DNA of 64,000 nucleotides from Bacteroidota bacterium (GCA_947456185.1 CANGPW010000002.1:2019-66018); one strand, 5' to 3'; counted from the first letter of the stretch, positions 8,891 through 19,587 are shown. Numbers and translations: made by a program. The notes: generated by a model from the sequence alone, not told the origin.

Positions 8891-10429
8891 ATGAATAAAC
8901 GTAAACAATTACAAGAATTACGCGACCAATCACTTTTAGGTGGTGGAGTTGACCGCATTGCTTCACAACATAAAAAAGGAAAATTAACTGCAAGAGAACG
9001 CATTCACTTTTTATTTGATGAAGGGAGTTTTGAAGAAATTGGTGCTTTTGTAACACATCGTTCTAAAGATTTCGGAATGGAAAAACAACAGTTTTTAGGT
9101 GATGGCGTAATTACAGGATATGGAAATATAAATGGTAAATTAGTATATGCTTTTTCTCAAGACTTTACAGTATTTGGAGGTTCACTTTCAGAAACACATG
9201 CGGAAAAAATTTGTAAATTAATGGACTTAGCTATGAAAAATGGTGCGCCATTAATTGGCTTAAATGATAGTGGTGGCGCACGTATTCAAGAAGGGGTAGT
9301 TTCATTGGGCGGTTATGCAGATATTTTTTATAAAAATACCATGGCAAGTGGCGTTATTCCACAAATTTCGGCCATCATGGGACCATGTGCTGGTGGAGCA
9401 GTATATAGTCCTGCCATTACCGATTTTATAATGATGGTAGAAAATACAAGCTATATGTTTGTAACCGGACCAAACGTAGTAAAAACAGTAACACACGAAG
9501 AAGTTTCAAGTGAAGATTTAGGAGGCGCTTCGGTTCATTCAACTAAAAGTGGTGTAGCTCATTTTACCGCTGCCAATGAAATTGATTGCATCAATCAATT
9601 GAAAAAATTAATCAGTTATATTCCTGAAAATTGTGAAGAAAAAACTCCTGATTACACCTATGAATTGGCAGATGAAATGAGACCTAAATTAGCAGATATT
9701 ATTCCTGCAAACGCCAATCAACCTTATGACATTAGAGAAGTAATTAGTGAAGTAATAGATGAAGAAAGTTTTTATGAAGTTCATAAAAATTATGCTGAAA
9801 ACATTGTGGTTGGATTTGCTCGTTTGGCAGGAAGAAGTATTGGAATTGTAGCTAATCAACCAGCATATCTAGCGGGAGTTTTGGATATTCATTCATCGCA
9901 AAAAGCAGCACGTTTTGTTCGTTTCTGCGATTGTTTTAATATTCCACTTTTAGTGTTTGAAGATGTTCCAGGATTTTTGCCAGGAACGGATCAAGAATGG
10001 AATGCAATTATTACCAATGGTGCAAAACTATTATACGCATTTTGCGAAGCAACAGTTCCTAGAGTTACCGTTATTACCCGTAAAGCATATGGTGGCGCTT
10101 ATGATGTAATGAATTCAAAACATATTGGTGCTGATATGAATTTTGCTTGGCCTACAGCCGAAATAGCAGTGATGGGTGCAAAAGGTGCTGCTGAAATTAT
10201 TTTCAAAAAAGACATTGACAAAGCCGATGACCAAGTTGCTGCATTAGCTGCAAAGGAAAAAGAGTATGCCGATATTTTTGCAAATCCATACCGTGCCGCA
10301 GAACGTGGATTCATTGATGAAGTTATTTTTCCGGAAGAGACACGAAAAAAGCTCATCAAAGCGTTTAAGATGTTAGAAAATAAAATGGTGAATTTACCAA
10401 GAAAAAAACACGGAAATATTCCGCTATAA
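8891..10429 (+). CDS. acyl-CoA carboxylase carboxyltransferase (beta) subunit, propionyl-CoA carboxylase / methylmalonyl-CoA carboxyltransferase type
   Basis: 512 aa. Motifs: [42 protein letters not shown]. Confidence 0.9.
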   Translation: MNKRKQLQELRDQSLLGGGVDRIASQHKKGKLTARERIHFLFDEGSFEEIGAFVTHRSKDFGMEKQQFLGDGVITGYGNINGKLVYAFSQDFTVFGGSLSETHAEKICKLMDLAMKNGAPLIGLNDSGGARIQEGVVSLGGYADIFYKNTMASGVIPQISAIMGPCAGGAVYSPAITDFIMMVENTSYMFVTGPNVVKTVTHEEVSSEDLGGASVHSTKSGVAHFTAANEIDCINQLKKLISYIPENCEEKTPDYTYELADEMRPKLADIIPANANQPYDIREVISEVIDEESFYEVHKNYAENIVVGFARLAGRSIGIVANQPAYLAGVLDIHSSQKAARFVRFCDCFNIPLLVFEDVPGFLPGTDQEWNAIITNGAKLLYAFCEATVPRVTVITRKAYGGAYDVMNSKHIGADMNFAWPTAEIAVMGAKGAAEIIFKKDIDKADDQVAALAAKEKEYADIFANPYRAAERGFIDEVIFPEETRKKLIKAFKMLENKMVNLPRKKHGNIPL

Positions 10430-10473
10430 ATTTTGAATGTTAGATGTTGAATGTTGAATTAGTTTTAAAAATG

Positions 10474-10519
10474 CATTTCGACATGCTCAATGTCCGCGGT
10501 CGTTGAGCTTGTCGAAACG
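10474..10519. repeat. 46-nt palindromic element (catttcgacatgctcaatg-tccgcggt-cgttgagcttgtcgaaacg)
   Basis: Imperfect hairpin. The reverse complement matches 60385-60430 at all but 2 positions by my count. Confidence 0.85.
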
Positions 10520-10780
10520 AATATAGTTTATGCGTCAATAAATTTCGGGCGTTAATGGCAAATACTCTTTTAAGTTAAGAAGATGCTTACAGCATGACTT
10601 CATTTTAGGTTTTAACTTCTGTTAACTTTTAAAACTGTTTTTTAGTAAACTATGAAAAATATAAAAAAAGAAAATATTGTGCAAACTGTTAATACTAATA
10701 AATTAACTGTTACTAAAAAACTAAGTCTTGCTGAAGGCAAAGAATTGGCATTTCAAATAATTGATAAATTAGATAAAAAT

Positions 10781-12439
10781 ATGAAAAAAACAAAATCAAT
10801 AACATTCTTTTTAGCACTAGCTATTTCATTCAATTTAACAGCGCAGAACGGTGGCGTTTACGATGATTTTATTTATAACAACACCAAACCAATTGAGCGC
10901 AAAGTGAATAATGTGGTAAGCCATGTAACTGTGTTTAACAGTCAAGCACAAGTTACTAGAACGGCAAAAATAAACTTGGAAGCAAGTGGTGTTTTCAATA
11001 TTGTTTTTGATAAACTTTCGCCATACATTAACATGAATAGTTTGGAGGTAAAAGCCAATGAACATTTAACTATTTTGTCGGTAAGCAGTAGAAATGATTT
11101 ATTGAATAAAAACGAAAAGCCAGCTGATATTATTTTGTTAGAAGATTCGTTGGAAAATATCATTGCGGCTCTTGCAGATTTTAAAGCTGACAAGGAAACC
11201 ATTGTTCATCAAAAAGATTTGATGTTGGCCAACAAAAATGTAGGCAGTAATCAATCTGGTGTGAAGTATGATGAGTTGGAAGATTTGATGAATTTATACC
11301 ATAAAAAATTAGATGATTTTAAAGTAAACTGGTTTCGATTAAACAATATGGAAACTAAATATAATAATTATAAAAACGCGGTTGAGCAACAATTAGCAGC
11401 TTATAATAATGGAAAATTGACTTTGAATAATGAAGTTATATTAACCGTAAAATCGGATAATAAAGTTCAAGATGCACAAATAGATTTAAGTTACTTGGTT
11501 GGAAACGTAAGCTGGCAGCCATTTTACGACATAAGAATAAAAGACAATAAAAGCAATGTTCAGTTTTTTTTGAAAGCCAATATTACCCAAAGCACTGGCG
11601 AAGATTGGAACAATGTAAGCTTAAAACTAACAACAGCAAATCCTGCTGAAGGAGGCATCAAACCTGAATTACAAACCAATTGGTTGGGATTTCAAAATAA
11701 TAGTAACAACAGAAATATTAGCTTACAAGAAGTTGTTATAAGTTCAAGAGCCCAGTTAATAGATGAAGATGGTTTTGATAAAATACAAAGCACTTCAAAA
11801 TCAAATTTTTCAAAACCTACTATTTCACAAAACATGTTCAATACAGAATTTGAAACCAACATTGCTTATACCATTCCCAGCGACAATCAAAACCATCAAG
11901 TTGACTTAACTAGCTTTGCGCAAAGTGCTATTTTTGGATATGCAGTGGTGCCAAAATTAAACAAAGAAGTGTTTGTAACAGCTCAAGTTTTAGCCAACGA
12001 TTTAATCAATCAAATTAGCGGAGAAGCCAATGTTTATTTTGATGGAACATTTACGGGAAAAACAATAGTAAGTCCAACTGCTAACGATACGTTATTACTT
12101 ACTTTAGGAAAAGATAAACGCATACAAGTAGACAGAATTAAGTTAAAAGATTTTAGTTCGAAATCGTTTTTTGGAAACACTAAAAAGGAACAAACTACAT
12201 ACGAAATAAAGGTAAAAAACACGCAAAAAGACAATATTGTTTTAAGCATAGAAGATCAAATTCCAGTATCGAATAACAGTGAAATAGAAATAAAATTATT
12301 GGAATATGAAGGTGCTACATACGATGCAAATACTGGAAAGTTAACTTGGAGATTGGAATTGAAAGCTGATGAAAGTAAATCGGTGAAATTTGGTTTTGAA
12401 GTGAAGCATCCTAAGGACAAAACTTTGACAGGATATTAG
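10781..12439 (+). CDS. DUF4139/DUF4140 (mucoidy-inhibitor MuiA-like) secreted protein
   Basis: A signal peptide MKKTKSITFFLALAISFNLTAQ begins at the ATG at 10781; the ORF track starts earlier, at 10652. VTVFNSQAQVTRTAKINL...LSPYINMNSLEVKA and W-PFYDIR motifs. Confidence 0.8.
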   Translation: MKKTKSITFFLALAISFNLTAQNGGVYDDFIYNNTKPIERKVNNVVSHVTVFNSQAQVTRTAKINLEASGVFNIVFDKLSPYINMNSLEVKANEHLTILSVSSRNDLLNKNEKPADIILLEDSLENIIAALADFKADKETIVHQKDLMLANKNVGSNQSGVKYDELEDLMNLYHKKLDDFKVNWFRLNNMETKYNNYKNAVEQQLAAYNNGKLTLNNEVILTVKSDNKVQDAQIDLSYLVGNVSWQPFYDIRIKDNKSNVQFFLKANITQSTGEDWNNVSLKLTTANPAEGGIKPELQTNWLGFQNNSNNRNISLQEVVISSRAQLIDEDGFDKIQSTSKSNFSKPTISQNMFNTEFETNIAYTIPSDNQNHQVDLTSFAQSAIFGYAVVPKLNKEVFVTAQVLANDLINQISGEANVYFDGTFTGKTIVSPTANDTLLLTLGKDKRIQVDRIKLKDFSSKSFFGNTKKEQTTYEIKVKNTQKDNIVLSIEDQIPVSNNSEIEIKLLEYEGATYDANTGKLTWRLELKADESKSVKFGFEVKHPKDKTLTGY

Positions 12440-12556
12440 CATTTGGCTGCTAGCAGCTAGCAAAATGGATAAGTAAAAAATATTTTATATAAAACTGAAC
12501 CACATAGAAATATAGTTTTTAAATTGTAAACAATCTTTGTTATATAAGTAATCTGT

Positions 12557-12703
12557 GAAAAAAGTTGTTGGTCAGGAGACACAACAACGGACGTCTGCGT
12601 TTATCTGATCCCAACTAATCGGGATGCGGGAAAAAAGTTGTTGGTTAGGAGACACAACAACGGACATCTGCGTTTATCTGCTCCCAACTAATTGAGATGC
12701 GAG
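12557..12703 (-). repeat. tandem duplication, 2 x 73 nt, each unit ending (on the minus strand) in a hairpin plus T-run
   Basis: Units 12557-12629 and 12630-12703 are near-identical. Minus-strand hairpins are gttgttg-11 nt-caacaac followed by tttttt. Confidence 0.85.
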
Positions 12704-12718
12704 AAACTTGGAACAAAA

Positions 12719-13678
12719 CTATCTCAACTTAATTCTTCGGCCTCGTTTGATTTTTGCTTTTCTCGAAATATTATTTAAACGTGCCAAGCGTTTAACAGAA
12801 ACACCATATTCTCTAGCAATTTTATACAAAGTATCGCCTTTGCGGGCTTTTACAAACTTAGGAATTTTTAGTTTTAACTTAGCCGATTTTACTTCAAATA
12901 AATGTTTAAAACAACTTTTATCTATTTGTAATGAATCAGACAAAAGTGAGCCCGTAGGAAAATAAACTAATTTGTTTGGATTAATTTTTTCACCTTTAAA
13001 CCTTACTTCAAAATGTAAATGTGGACCAGTAGAACGACCTGTACTTCCCGCCAAACCTATAATATCGCCTGCAGTTACATGTTGACCAATATAACAAAGC
13101 AATTGCGAAAAATGAGCATACAAAGTTTCTAAACCATTGTCATGTCTGATTAAAACCATGTAACCATAATCAGCACTTTTTTTAGCAATTCTAACTACAC
13201 CAGTAAAAGCAGCATATACAGGATCACCAATATCCATTCTTACATCAACCCCGAAATGAAACTTTGCTCTTCTCCCCCATCGCCTGAAACCAAATGTAGA
13301 ACTTAAATCGCCAATTGCAGGTGGATGAAATCCACATCCATCAGTAACTAAAGATAACACAACAGTATCGTTCATTACTTTTAAGTCAGATTTGTATGGA
13401 TTTATAACTACAGTATCCCAAAAATTATAATACCAATTTGCAGGTGCATTATTGGTATCAAATGTAAAATCACGAGGACGTAAAAAATCCCAATAAGGAC
13501 CATTTGTTTCCACAATAATACTATCAAATTCAATGGACTCTTCATCTACTTCATCTTCTTCATCAGAATCTATTACCTCGTTACTATCGGGTGAAATAAT
13601 TTGAACTTGGCTAAATGCGTTGTTTGAAACAAAAAAAACAAAACAAAGAATAAAAAAAAAGGTAACTTTCTTTAACAT
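12719..13678 (-). CDS. M23 family metallopeptidase with C-terminal LysM domain
   Basis: HFGVDVRMDIGDPV and GSTGRSTGPHLHFEV (M23). C-terminal KGDTLYKIAREYGVSVKRLARLNNI (LysM). N-terminal signal peptide. Confidence 0.9.
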   Translation of the reverse strand: MLKKVTFFFILCFVFFVSNNAFSQVQIISPDSNEVIDSDEEDEVDEESIEFDSIIVETNGPYWDFLRPRDFTFDTNNAPANWYYNFWDTVVINPYKSDLKVMNDTVVLSLVTDGCGFHPPAIGDLSSTFGFRRWGRRAKFHFGVDVRMDIGDPVYAAFTGVVRIAKKSADYGYMVLIRHDNGLETLYAHFSQLLCYIGQHVTAGDIIGLAGSTGRSTGPHLHFEVRFKGEKINPNKLVYFPTGSLLSDSLQIDKSCFKHLFEVKSAKLKLKIPKFVKARKGDTLYKIAREYGVSVKRLARLNNISRKAKIKRGRRIKLR

Positions 13679-13834
13679 TTATATAAAATAAAAACAGTAA
13701 TAAATTACTGAATAGGTAAAACAATTATTGAATAAAATATTATTTCTATAAAAACAGAAAACATATTTTGGTTTTCAAAAATAATATAAAAAAGAGGATA
13801 AAATATTGGTGGTATAACTTGTGAGTATAATTAA

Positions 13835-14449
13835 TTATTCGTTTATAATTCCTTTACCCTCTCTTACTAAAACAATTTCTTCAGAACTACAATCTAATAT
13901 TGTAGATGGAATATTTCCACCATTACCACCATCAATTACAGCATCTACTAAGTTTTCAAATTTATCATGAATATCTTCAGGATCGGTCATATATTCTATA
14001 ATATTGTCATCATGATGAATAGATGTTACTAATAAAGGACTTCCAATTTCTTCTACTAATAATTGTGCTATCACATTATCAGGAACACGAATTCCAATTG
14101 TTTTTTTATTACCTTCAAAATATTTTGTTAAACTATTATTTGCTTTTAAAATAAAAGTAAATGGACCAGGTAAATTATTTTTCATTAGCCTGAATACACT
14201 TTTATCAAGAGAAGAAGTATAATCACTTAAATGACTAAGGCTAGCACATAACAAAGAAAAATTAACTTTATCAGGTTTCTTGCCAACAATTTTACACATT
14301 CGTTCAATGGCTTTTTTGTTATCGAGTTTACATGCTAATGCATATATAGTATCTGTTGGTATAATTACAACACCATTATTGTTTAAAATATCAACAGCTT
14401 TTTTCAAGTCTCTTGTATTTGGATTTTTTGGATGTAATGAAATAATCAT
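13835..14449 (-). CDS. tsaC: L-threonylcarbamoyladenylate synthase (YrdC/TsaC type)
   Basis: 204 aa. IIPTDTIYALACK, LPGPFTFIL and IGIRVPDN motifs of the YrdC/Sua5 fold. Confidence 0.88.
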   Translation of the reverse strand: MIISLHPKNPNTRDLKKAVDILNNNGVVIIPTDTIYALACKLDNKKAIERMCKIVGKKPDKVNFSLLCASLSHLSDYTSSLDKSVFRLMKNNLPGPFTFILKANNSLTKYFEGNKKTIGIRVPDNVIAQLLVEEIGSPLLVTSIHHDDNIIEYMTDPEDIHDKFENLVDAVIDGGNGGNIPSTILDCSSEEIVLVREGKGIINE

Positions 14450-14536
14450 AATTAATTGTTAAACAAAAATAAGGCTTATAAACAAAAAAGCCTCATCAAA
14501 TAATTTGACAAGGCTTTTTTATAAAAAAAGTAAAAA

Positions 14537-14869
14537 CTATTTCTTTTTACCAGCTGCTTTCTTAGGAGCTGCTTTCTTAGGAGCTGCTTTCTTAGGAGCT
14601 GCTTTCTTAGGAGCTGCTTTCTTAGCAGGAGCTGCTTTCTTAGCAGGAGCTGCTTTCTTAGGAGCTGCTTTCTTAGGAGCTGCTTTTTTTGGAGCTGCTT
14701 TCTTAGGAGCTGCTTTCTTAGGAGCTGCTTTCTTAGGAGCTGCTTTCTTAGGAGCTGCTTTTTTTGGAGCTGCTTTTTTTGCTGGAGCTGCTTTCTTAGC
14801 TGCTACTTTTTTTGCTGGTGCTGCACTTTTTGTAGGTGCTGCTTTTTTTGTTTTTTTAGCTGTTGCCAT
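14537..14869 (-). CDS. histone H1-like lysine/alanine-rich DNA-binding protein
   Basis: 110 aa, almost entirely KKAAP/AKKAAP repeats encoded by an 18-nt tandem DNA repeat. The AAFLG ORF on the + strand is its mirror image. Confidence 0.7.
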   Translation of the reverse strand: MATAKKTKKAAPTKSAAPAKKVAAKKAAPAKKAAPKKAAPKKAAPKKAAPKKAAPKKAAPKKAAPKKAAPKKAAPAKKAAPAKKAAPKKAAPKKAAPKKAAPKKAAGKKK

Positions 14870-15411
14870 AATTATTTAATTATTTAATTTGATTACGAAA
14901 ACAAAGTTATGATAGTACATTATAAAGTCAAGCATTTGAATTTATAATTTATGATTTTTATAAAAAAAATAAAAATATATCTGTTAATAAGTGAAAAACA
15001 AAAGCATGAAGATATCAGTATTTACTAACAACTATGAAAATATTTTTTTTATAAAAAACTGTTATTAACTATTGAAAAAATTATGAACTTATTATAAACA
15101 AATCTATAAGCTATAAAGTATTTTTATTAATATAGTTATATATCAATACCTGTTAACTACTGTTTTCAAAAGCCCTCACAAAGATTGATATAAAAAATTT
15201 TAATGAAAATAAAAAATAAAAAAATAAAATGTATTTCAAACTTTATATAAAATTTAAAACAATTTTATATAAAATAAGTAGTATAAATTATACATATTGA
15301 TAATAAAATAATAAAAATAAATTATAAAATGTAACATGAATATAAAATAAATTATTTGTAATGTTGAACCAAGATAATTATAAGAGCGTAATTATATATT
15401 TATAACAAATT

Positions 15412-16647
15412 ATGAAAGCAGAGATAATAACAATAGGTGATGAATTATTAATTGGTCAAGTAATAGATACAAATAGTGCTTGGCTAGGTCAACAGTTGAG
15501 TTTATTGGGCATTAGCTTGTACCAACGTACAGCTTGTGGCGATAGTAAAGAACAAATATTAGCATGCATACATGATGCTGAATTACGTAGTGATATAATA
15601 ATTATTACCGGTGGATTAGGTCCAACAAAAGATGACATAACAAAGAAAACATTGTGTGAATACTTCAATACGAATTTAGTACCTGATGAAAAAGTATTAG
15701 CATGGGTTACTCGTATTTTCCAAATGAGAAAAATGCCAATGCTTGATATCAATTTACAACAAGCATTGGTACCATCAAATAGTAAAACATTATGGAATAG
15801 AAGTGGTACTGCTCCAGGAATGTGGTTTGATGTAAATAATAAAATATTTATTTCATTGCCTGGTGTTCCATTCGAAATGAAAGTAATTTTTGATGAAGAA
15901 GTTATTCCTTTATTGAAACAAAAATTTGATCTTCCTACTATCTATCATAGAACATTGCAAACATGTTCAATAGGTGAAAGTTTTTTAGCTGAAAAAATAA
16001 AAGATATTGAGAACAATTTACCAAGTTATATAAAACTAGCATACTTGCCATCAGTTGGCACTGTAAGGCTTCGACTTAGTGCATACGGAAACAATAAAGA
16101 ACATTTAATTCATGAAGTTAATCAAATATGTAATCAGTTATATGAAAAAATTGATGAATATATATATGGTGAAGGTGATGATAATTTAAGTCAAGTAGTT
16201 GGAACATTATTAAAAGAAAAAAGCAAAACTTTAGCAACTGCAGAAAGTTGTACAGGAGGATTTATAGCACATCAAATAACATCTATAGCAGGTAGTTCAT
16301 CATATTATAAAGGTAGTATTGTTAGTTATGATAATAAAATAAAAACACTTGAATTAAATGTTAGTGTTGAAATTTTAAAAAATGATGGAGCAGTTAGCGA
16401 AGCATGTGTTAAACAAATGGCGCAAACTATTCTTAAAAAATTTAACGTAGATTATGCTATTGCAACTAGCGGAATTGCCGGACCTGGTGGAGGCTCAGAA
16501 GAAAAACCAGTTGGTACAGTATGGATTGCTATAGCAAATAAAAATGAAGTAATAGCTAAGAAATATAATATGGGAGACAACAGGGAAAGAACCATTTTAA
16601 GAACTAGTTTAATGGCATTTGATATGTTAAGGAAAATGATTTTGTAA
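15412..16647 (+). CDS. cinA: competence/damage-inducible protein CinA (MoCF-like domain + PncC nicotinamide-nucleotide amidase domain)
   Basis: MKAEIITIGDELLIGQVIDTNSAWL N-terminus and TAESCTGG C-terminal domain. Confidence 0.9.
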   Translation: MKAEIITIGDELLIGQVIDTNSAWLGQQLSLLGISLYQRTACGDSKEQILACIHDAELRSDIIIITGGLGPTKDDITKKTLCEYFNTNLVPDEKVLAWVTRIFQMRKMPMLDINLQQALVPSNSKTLWNRSGTAPGMWFDVNNKIFISLPGVPFEMKVIFDEEVIPLLKQKFDLPTIYHRTLQTCSIGESFLAEKIKDIENNLPSYIKLAYLPSVGTVRLRLSAYGNNKEHLIHEVNQICNQLYEKIDEYIYGEGDDNLSQVVGTLLKEKSKTLATAESCTGGFIAHQITSIAGSSSYYKGSIVSYDNKIKTLELNVSVEILKNDGAVSEACVKQMAQTILKKFNVDYAIATSGIAGPGGGSEEKPVGTVWIAIANKNEVIAKKYNMGDNRERTILRTSLMAFDMLRKMIL

Positions 16648-16751
16648 AGTATAAAGTCCCGACACATCAGGAAAATATAAAGTATAAAGTTTTATGTAAA
16701 TAGAAACAGCCAGTTGCTAGATGTAAAAAAAAATATTGAATGTTAAATGAT

Positions 16752-17405
16752 TTATAAATCTAACATTTGTTCATTTGTTATTATTTGAGTTCCTGTTTTA
16801 TTATTTGTAACGGCTAAATAATACATTGCTTTTGCTACTTGTTTACTTTCAATAGCTGCATATTTTTTCATGCTACCTTCCATTAGTTTTGAAAATGGTT
16901 TCATAATCATTTTCATTATTTTTTCGCCTAATCTAAATTCAATTCTATAACCTAATAATAAAGATGGACGAAAAATATAACATGAATTGAATCCAATATT
17001 TTGAATGGCATTTTCCAATTTTCCTTTTACACTGTTATAAAAAACTTTTGAATTTGAGTTAGCACCTAATGCTGTTACTAAATAAAAATTACTCGCCCCA
17101 TTTTTATGTGTTTCAATTGCTAAGTTTAAACAATACTGAAAATCTACTTTATAAAATTCAGCTTGTGAACCAGCTTTTTTTATGGTTGTTCCCAAACAAC
17201 AAAATACATCATCGCATTTTAAATAATCATTTATTAATTGTAGCTTATTAAAATCAACTATAACTTGTTTGAGTTTTGGCGAATTAATAGGAATTTCTTT
17301 TCTAACCAATGCTATAATTTTATCATATTGATTACTTTCTAATAAATTTTTTAATAATTGGCTTCCAATTAAACCTGTTGAACCTGCTATAATTGCCGTT
17401 TTCAT
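16752..17405 (-). CDS. NAD(P)H-binding (atypical SDR-like) oxidoreductase
   Basis: N-terminal Rossmann motif IIAGSTGLIGSQLL; 217 aa. Confidence 0.7.
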   Translation of the reverse strand: MKTAIIAGSTGLIGSQLLKNLLESNQYDKIIALVRKEIPINSPKLKQVIVDFNKLQLINDYLKCDDVFCCLGTTIKKAGSQAEFYKVDFQYCLNLAIETHKNGASNFYLVTALGANSNSKVFYNSVKGKLENAIQNIGFNSCYIFRPSLLLGYRIEFRLGEKIMKMIMKPFSKLMEGSMKKYAAIESKQVAKAMYYLAVTNNKTGTQIITNEQMLDL

Positions 17406-17529
17406 TTTATTTTATCCTTTTAAATATATTTACAAATAAAAGTAAAAATATTAGTACAAAATTATAACATTTATGAAATGATAATTTTATTATTGTACCA
17501 TCAATAAATAAATAAATAAATAATTAATT

Positions 17530-18321
17530 ATGGCATATAATCACGAAATAGACTACCGTATTTTTGGTAGTGAAATGCAATGTGTAGAAATTGAATTAGA
17601 CCCCAACGAAACAGTAATGGCTGAGCCTGGAAGTTTTATGATGATGAATGATGACATTCAAATGCAAACCATTTTTGGAGATGGAAGTGAACAAACAGGT
17701 GGTGTTTTGGGAAAAATATTTAGTGCGGGCAAACGTCTTTTAACTGGCGAAAGTTTATTCATGACTGCCTATACCAATATTGGTCAAGGAAAAAAGCAAG
17801 TTACTTTTGCAGCTCCATATCCAGGTAAAATTATTCCATTAGATTTATTGCGTTTAGGTGGGAGAGTTACTTGTCAAAAAGATTCTTTTTTATGCGCTGC
17901 AAAAGGAGTTCAAGTTGGCATTGAATTTCAGAAAAAACTAGGAACTGGATTATTTGGTGGAGAAGGATTTATTATGCAGAAATTGGAAGGTGATGGCCTT
18001 TGTTTTGTTCATGCTGGCGGACATGTAGAAGAACGTGAATTACAGCCTGGAGAAATGCTTAAAATTGATACTGGATGTATTGTTGCTTTTACAAAAGATA
18101 TAGATTACGATATCCAATTTATTGGCGGAATTAAAAACACTTTATTTGGTGGAGAAGGTGTATTTTTTGCAACTTTAAGAGGACCAGGTAAAGTTTGGAT
18201 TCAAACTTTACCCATAAGTCGATTAGCTGGAAGAATATTACAATATGGTTCACGTGGTGGAAAAGAGCAAGGAAGTATTTTAGGTGGACTTGGAAATTTA
18301 TTAGATGGAGATGGTTATTAA
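17530..18321 (+). CDS. TIGR00266/AIM24-family protein
   Basis: 263 aa. [24 protein letters not shown] start and glycine-rich tail resemble the TIGR00266 family from memory. Confidence 0.7.
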   Translation: MAYNHEIDYRIFGSEMQCVEIELDPNETVMAEPGSFMMMNDDIQMQTIFGDGSEQTGGVLGKIFSAGKRLLTGESLFMTAYTNIGQGKKQVTFAAPYPGKIIPLDLLRLGGRVTCQKDSFLCAAKGVQVGIEFQKKLGTGLFGGEGFIMQKLEGDGLCFVHAGGHVEERELQPGEMLKIDTGCIVAFTKDIDYDIQFIGGIKNTLFGGEGVFFATLRGPGKVWIQTLPISRLAGRILQYGSRGGKEQGSILGGLGNLLDGDGY

Positions 18322-18339
18322 AATTTAAGGCAAAAAAAA

Positions 18340-18370
18340 GCGATTTGAAACTCAAATCGCCTTTTTTTTT
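18340..18370. terminator. bidirectional terminator between convergent TIGR00266-family gene and sucB
   Basis: A-run, gcgatttga-aac-tcaaatcgc hairpin, T-run. Confidence 0.75.
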
Positions 18371-18378
18371 ATATAATA

Positions 18379-19587
18379 CTACAATCCTAAAATCATTTTA
18401 TTAGGATCATTTCCTTCCGTTAAAAGCAAAGTTGGATTTTCTAAACATTGTTTTACTTTTACTAAAAATCCAACTGATTCGCGTCCATCAATAATTCTAT
18501 GGTCGTAACTTAAGGCCAAATACATCATTGGTCTGGCTACAATTAGTCCATCTTTAACAACGGGACGTTCTATAATATTGTGCATTCCTAAAATAGCTGA
18601 TTGCGGAGCATTAATAATAGGTGTACTCATCATGCTACCAAAAACACCACCATTAGTAATGGTAAATGTACCACCAGTCATTTCATCTATGCTTAATTTA
18701 TTATCGCGGGCTTTACCTGCTAAACGAACTACTTCACTTTCAATTTCTGCTAAACTCATGCTTTCAGCATTTCTAATAACGGGAACTACTAAACCTTTTG
18801 GAGCAGAAACAGCAATTGAAATATCACAAAAATCGTGGAAAATAATTTCTTCGCCATTTAAGTATGCATTTACTGCTGGAAATTGTTTTAATGCAACAGT
18901 AACTGCTTTTGTAAAAAAGCTCATGAAACCTAAATTTACACCATGTTTTTCTTTAAACTGAGTTTTAAATTGGTTTCTTAAATCCATTATTGGTTTCATG
19001 TCAACTTCGTTAAATGTAGTTAACATGGCCGTTTCATTTTTAACAGCTACTAATCTTTTAGAAACAACTTTACGCAATGAAGTCATTTTTTCAACGCGCT
19101 CACTCCTGGTTTTTGTTTCGTTAGTTGTAACTTTTAATTCAGTATTTAAAGCATCACCTTTAGTAATTCTTCCGTCCTTACCTGTTCCGATTACATTTTT
19201 TACGTCAACTCCTTTTTCTGCCAATATTTTGGTAGCAGCAACACTTGGAAATGGTTTATTTGCCTCTGGCTTTAGGTTGCTAAGTGTTGGTTTATTCGTT
19301 TCTGTTTTTACTTTCGGTTTTTCAATTTCTATCTTTGAACCCTCAGGTTTAGCAAAGGTTTCATCGATTAAACAAATAGTATCACCAACCTTAATGGTAT
19401 CACCTTCATTTCCTTTGGTAGTTAAAATACCTGCTTTTTCTGCGTTTAACTCAAAAGTAGCTTTATCGCTTTCTAACTCACAAAGTAATTCATCCATTGC
19501 TACATAATCACCCGTTTTTTTATTCCAACGAGCAATTACAACTTCGCTGATTGATTCTCCAACTGTTGGTACTTTTATATCAAGCAT
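18379..19587 (-). CDS. sucB: 2-oxoglutarate dehydrogenase E2 component (dihydrolipoyllysine-residue succinyltransferase)
   Basis: Lipoyl domain [12 protein letters not shown]3-binding segment, catalytic [17 protein letters not shown]. Confidence 0.9.
   Translation of the reverse strand: MLDIKVPTVGESISEVVIARWNKKTGDYVAMDELLCELESDKATFELNAEKAGILTTKGNEGDTIKVGDTICLIDETFAKPEGSKIEIEKPKVKTETNKPTLSNLKPEANKPFPSVAATKILAEKGVDVKNVIGTGKDGRITKGDALNTELKVTTNETKTRSERVEKMTSLRKVVSKRLVAVKNETAMLTTFNEVDMKPIMDLRNQFKTQFKEKHGVNLGFMSFFTKAVTVALKQFPAVNAYLNGEEIIFHDFCDISIAVSAPKGLVVPVIRNAESMSLAEIESEVVRLAGKARDNKLSIDEMTGGTFTITNGGVFGSMMSTPIINAPQSAILGMHNIIERPVVKDGLIVARPMMYLALSYDHRIIDGRESVGFLVKVKQCLENPTLLLTEGNDPNKMILGL

Noticed and set aside
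12708-12965. + strand ORF 12708-12965.
   Set aside because: It is antisense to the LysM/C-terminal part of the well-supported M23 peptidase gene.
14505-14879. + strand ORF encoding AAFLG repeats.
   Set aside because: It is the mirror image of the minus-strand KKAAP histone-like gene. The minus-strand product has an ATG start, a plausible basic DNA-binding composition and a downstream terminator-like hairpin.
18578-19507. Long antisense ORFs inside sucB (18578-18961 and 18998-19507), with similar shadow ORFs inside the ABC-F gene, uvrA, MarC, obg, the C25 peptidase and others.
   Set aside because: They lie entirely within strongly supported genes on the opposite strand, have low-complexity or hydrophobic composition typical of antisense frames in AT-rich DNA, and resemble no family.
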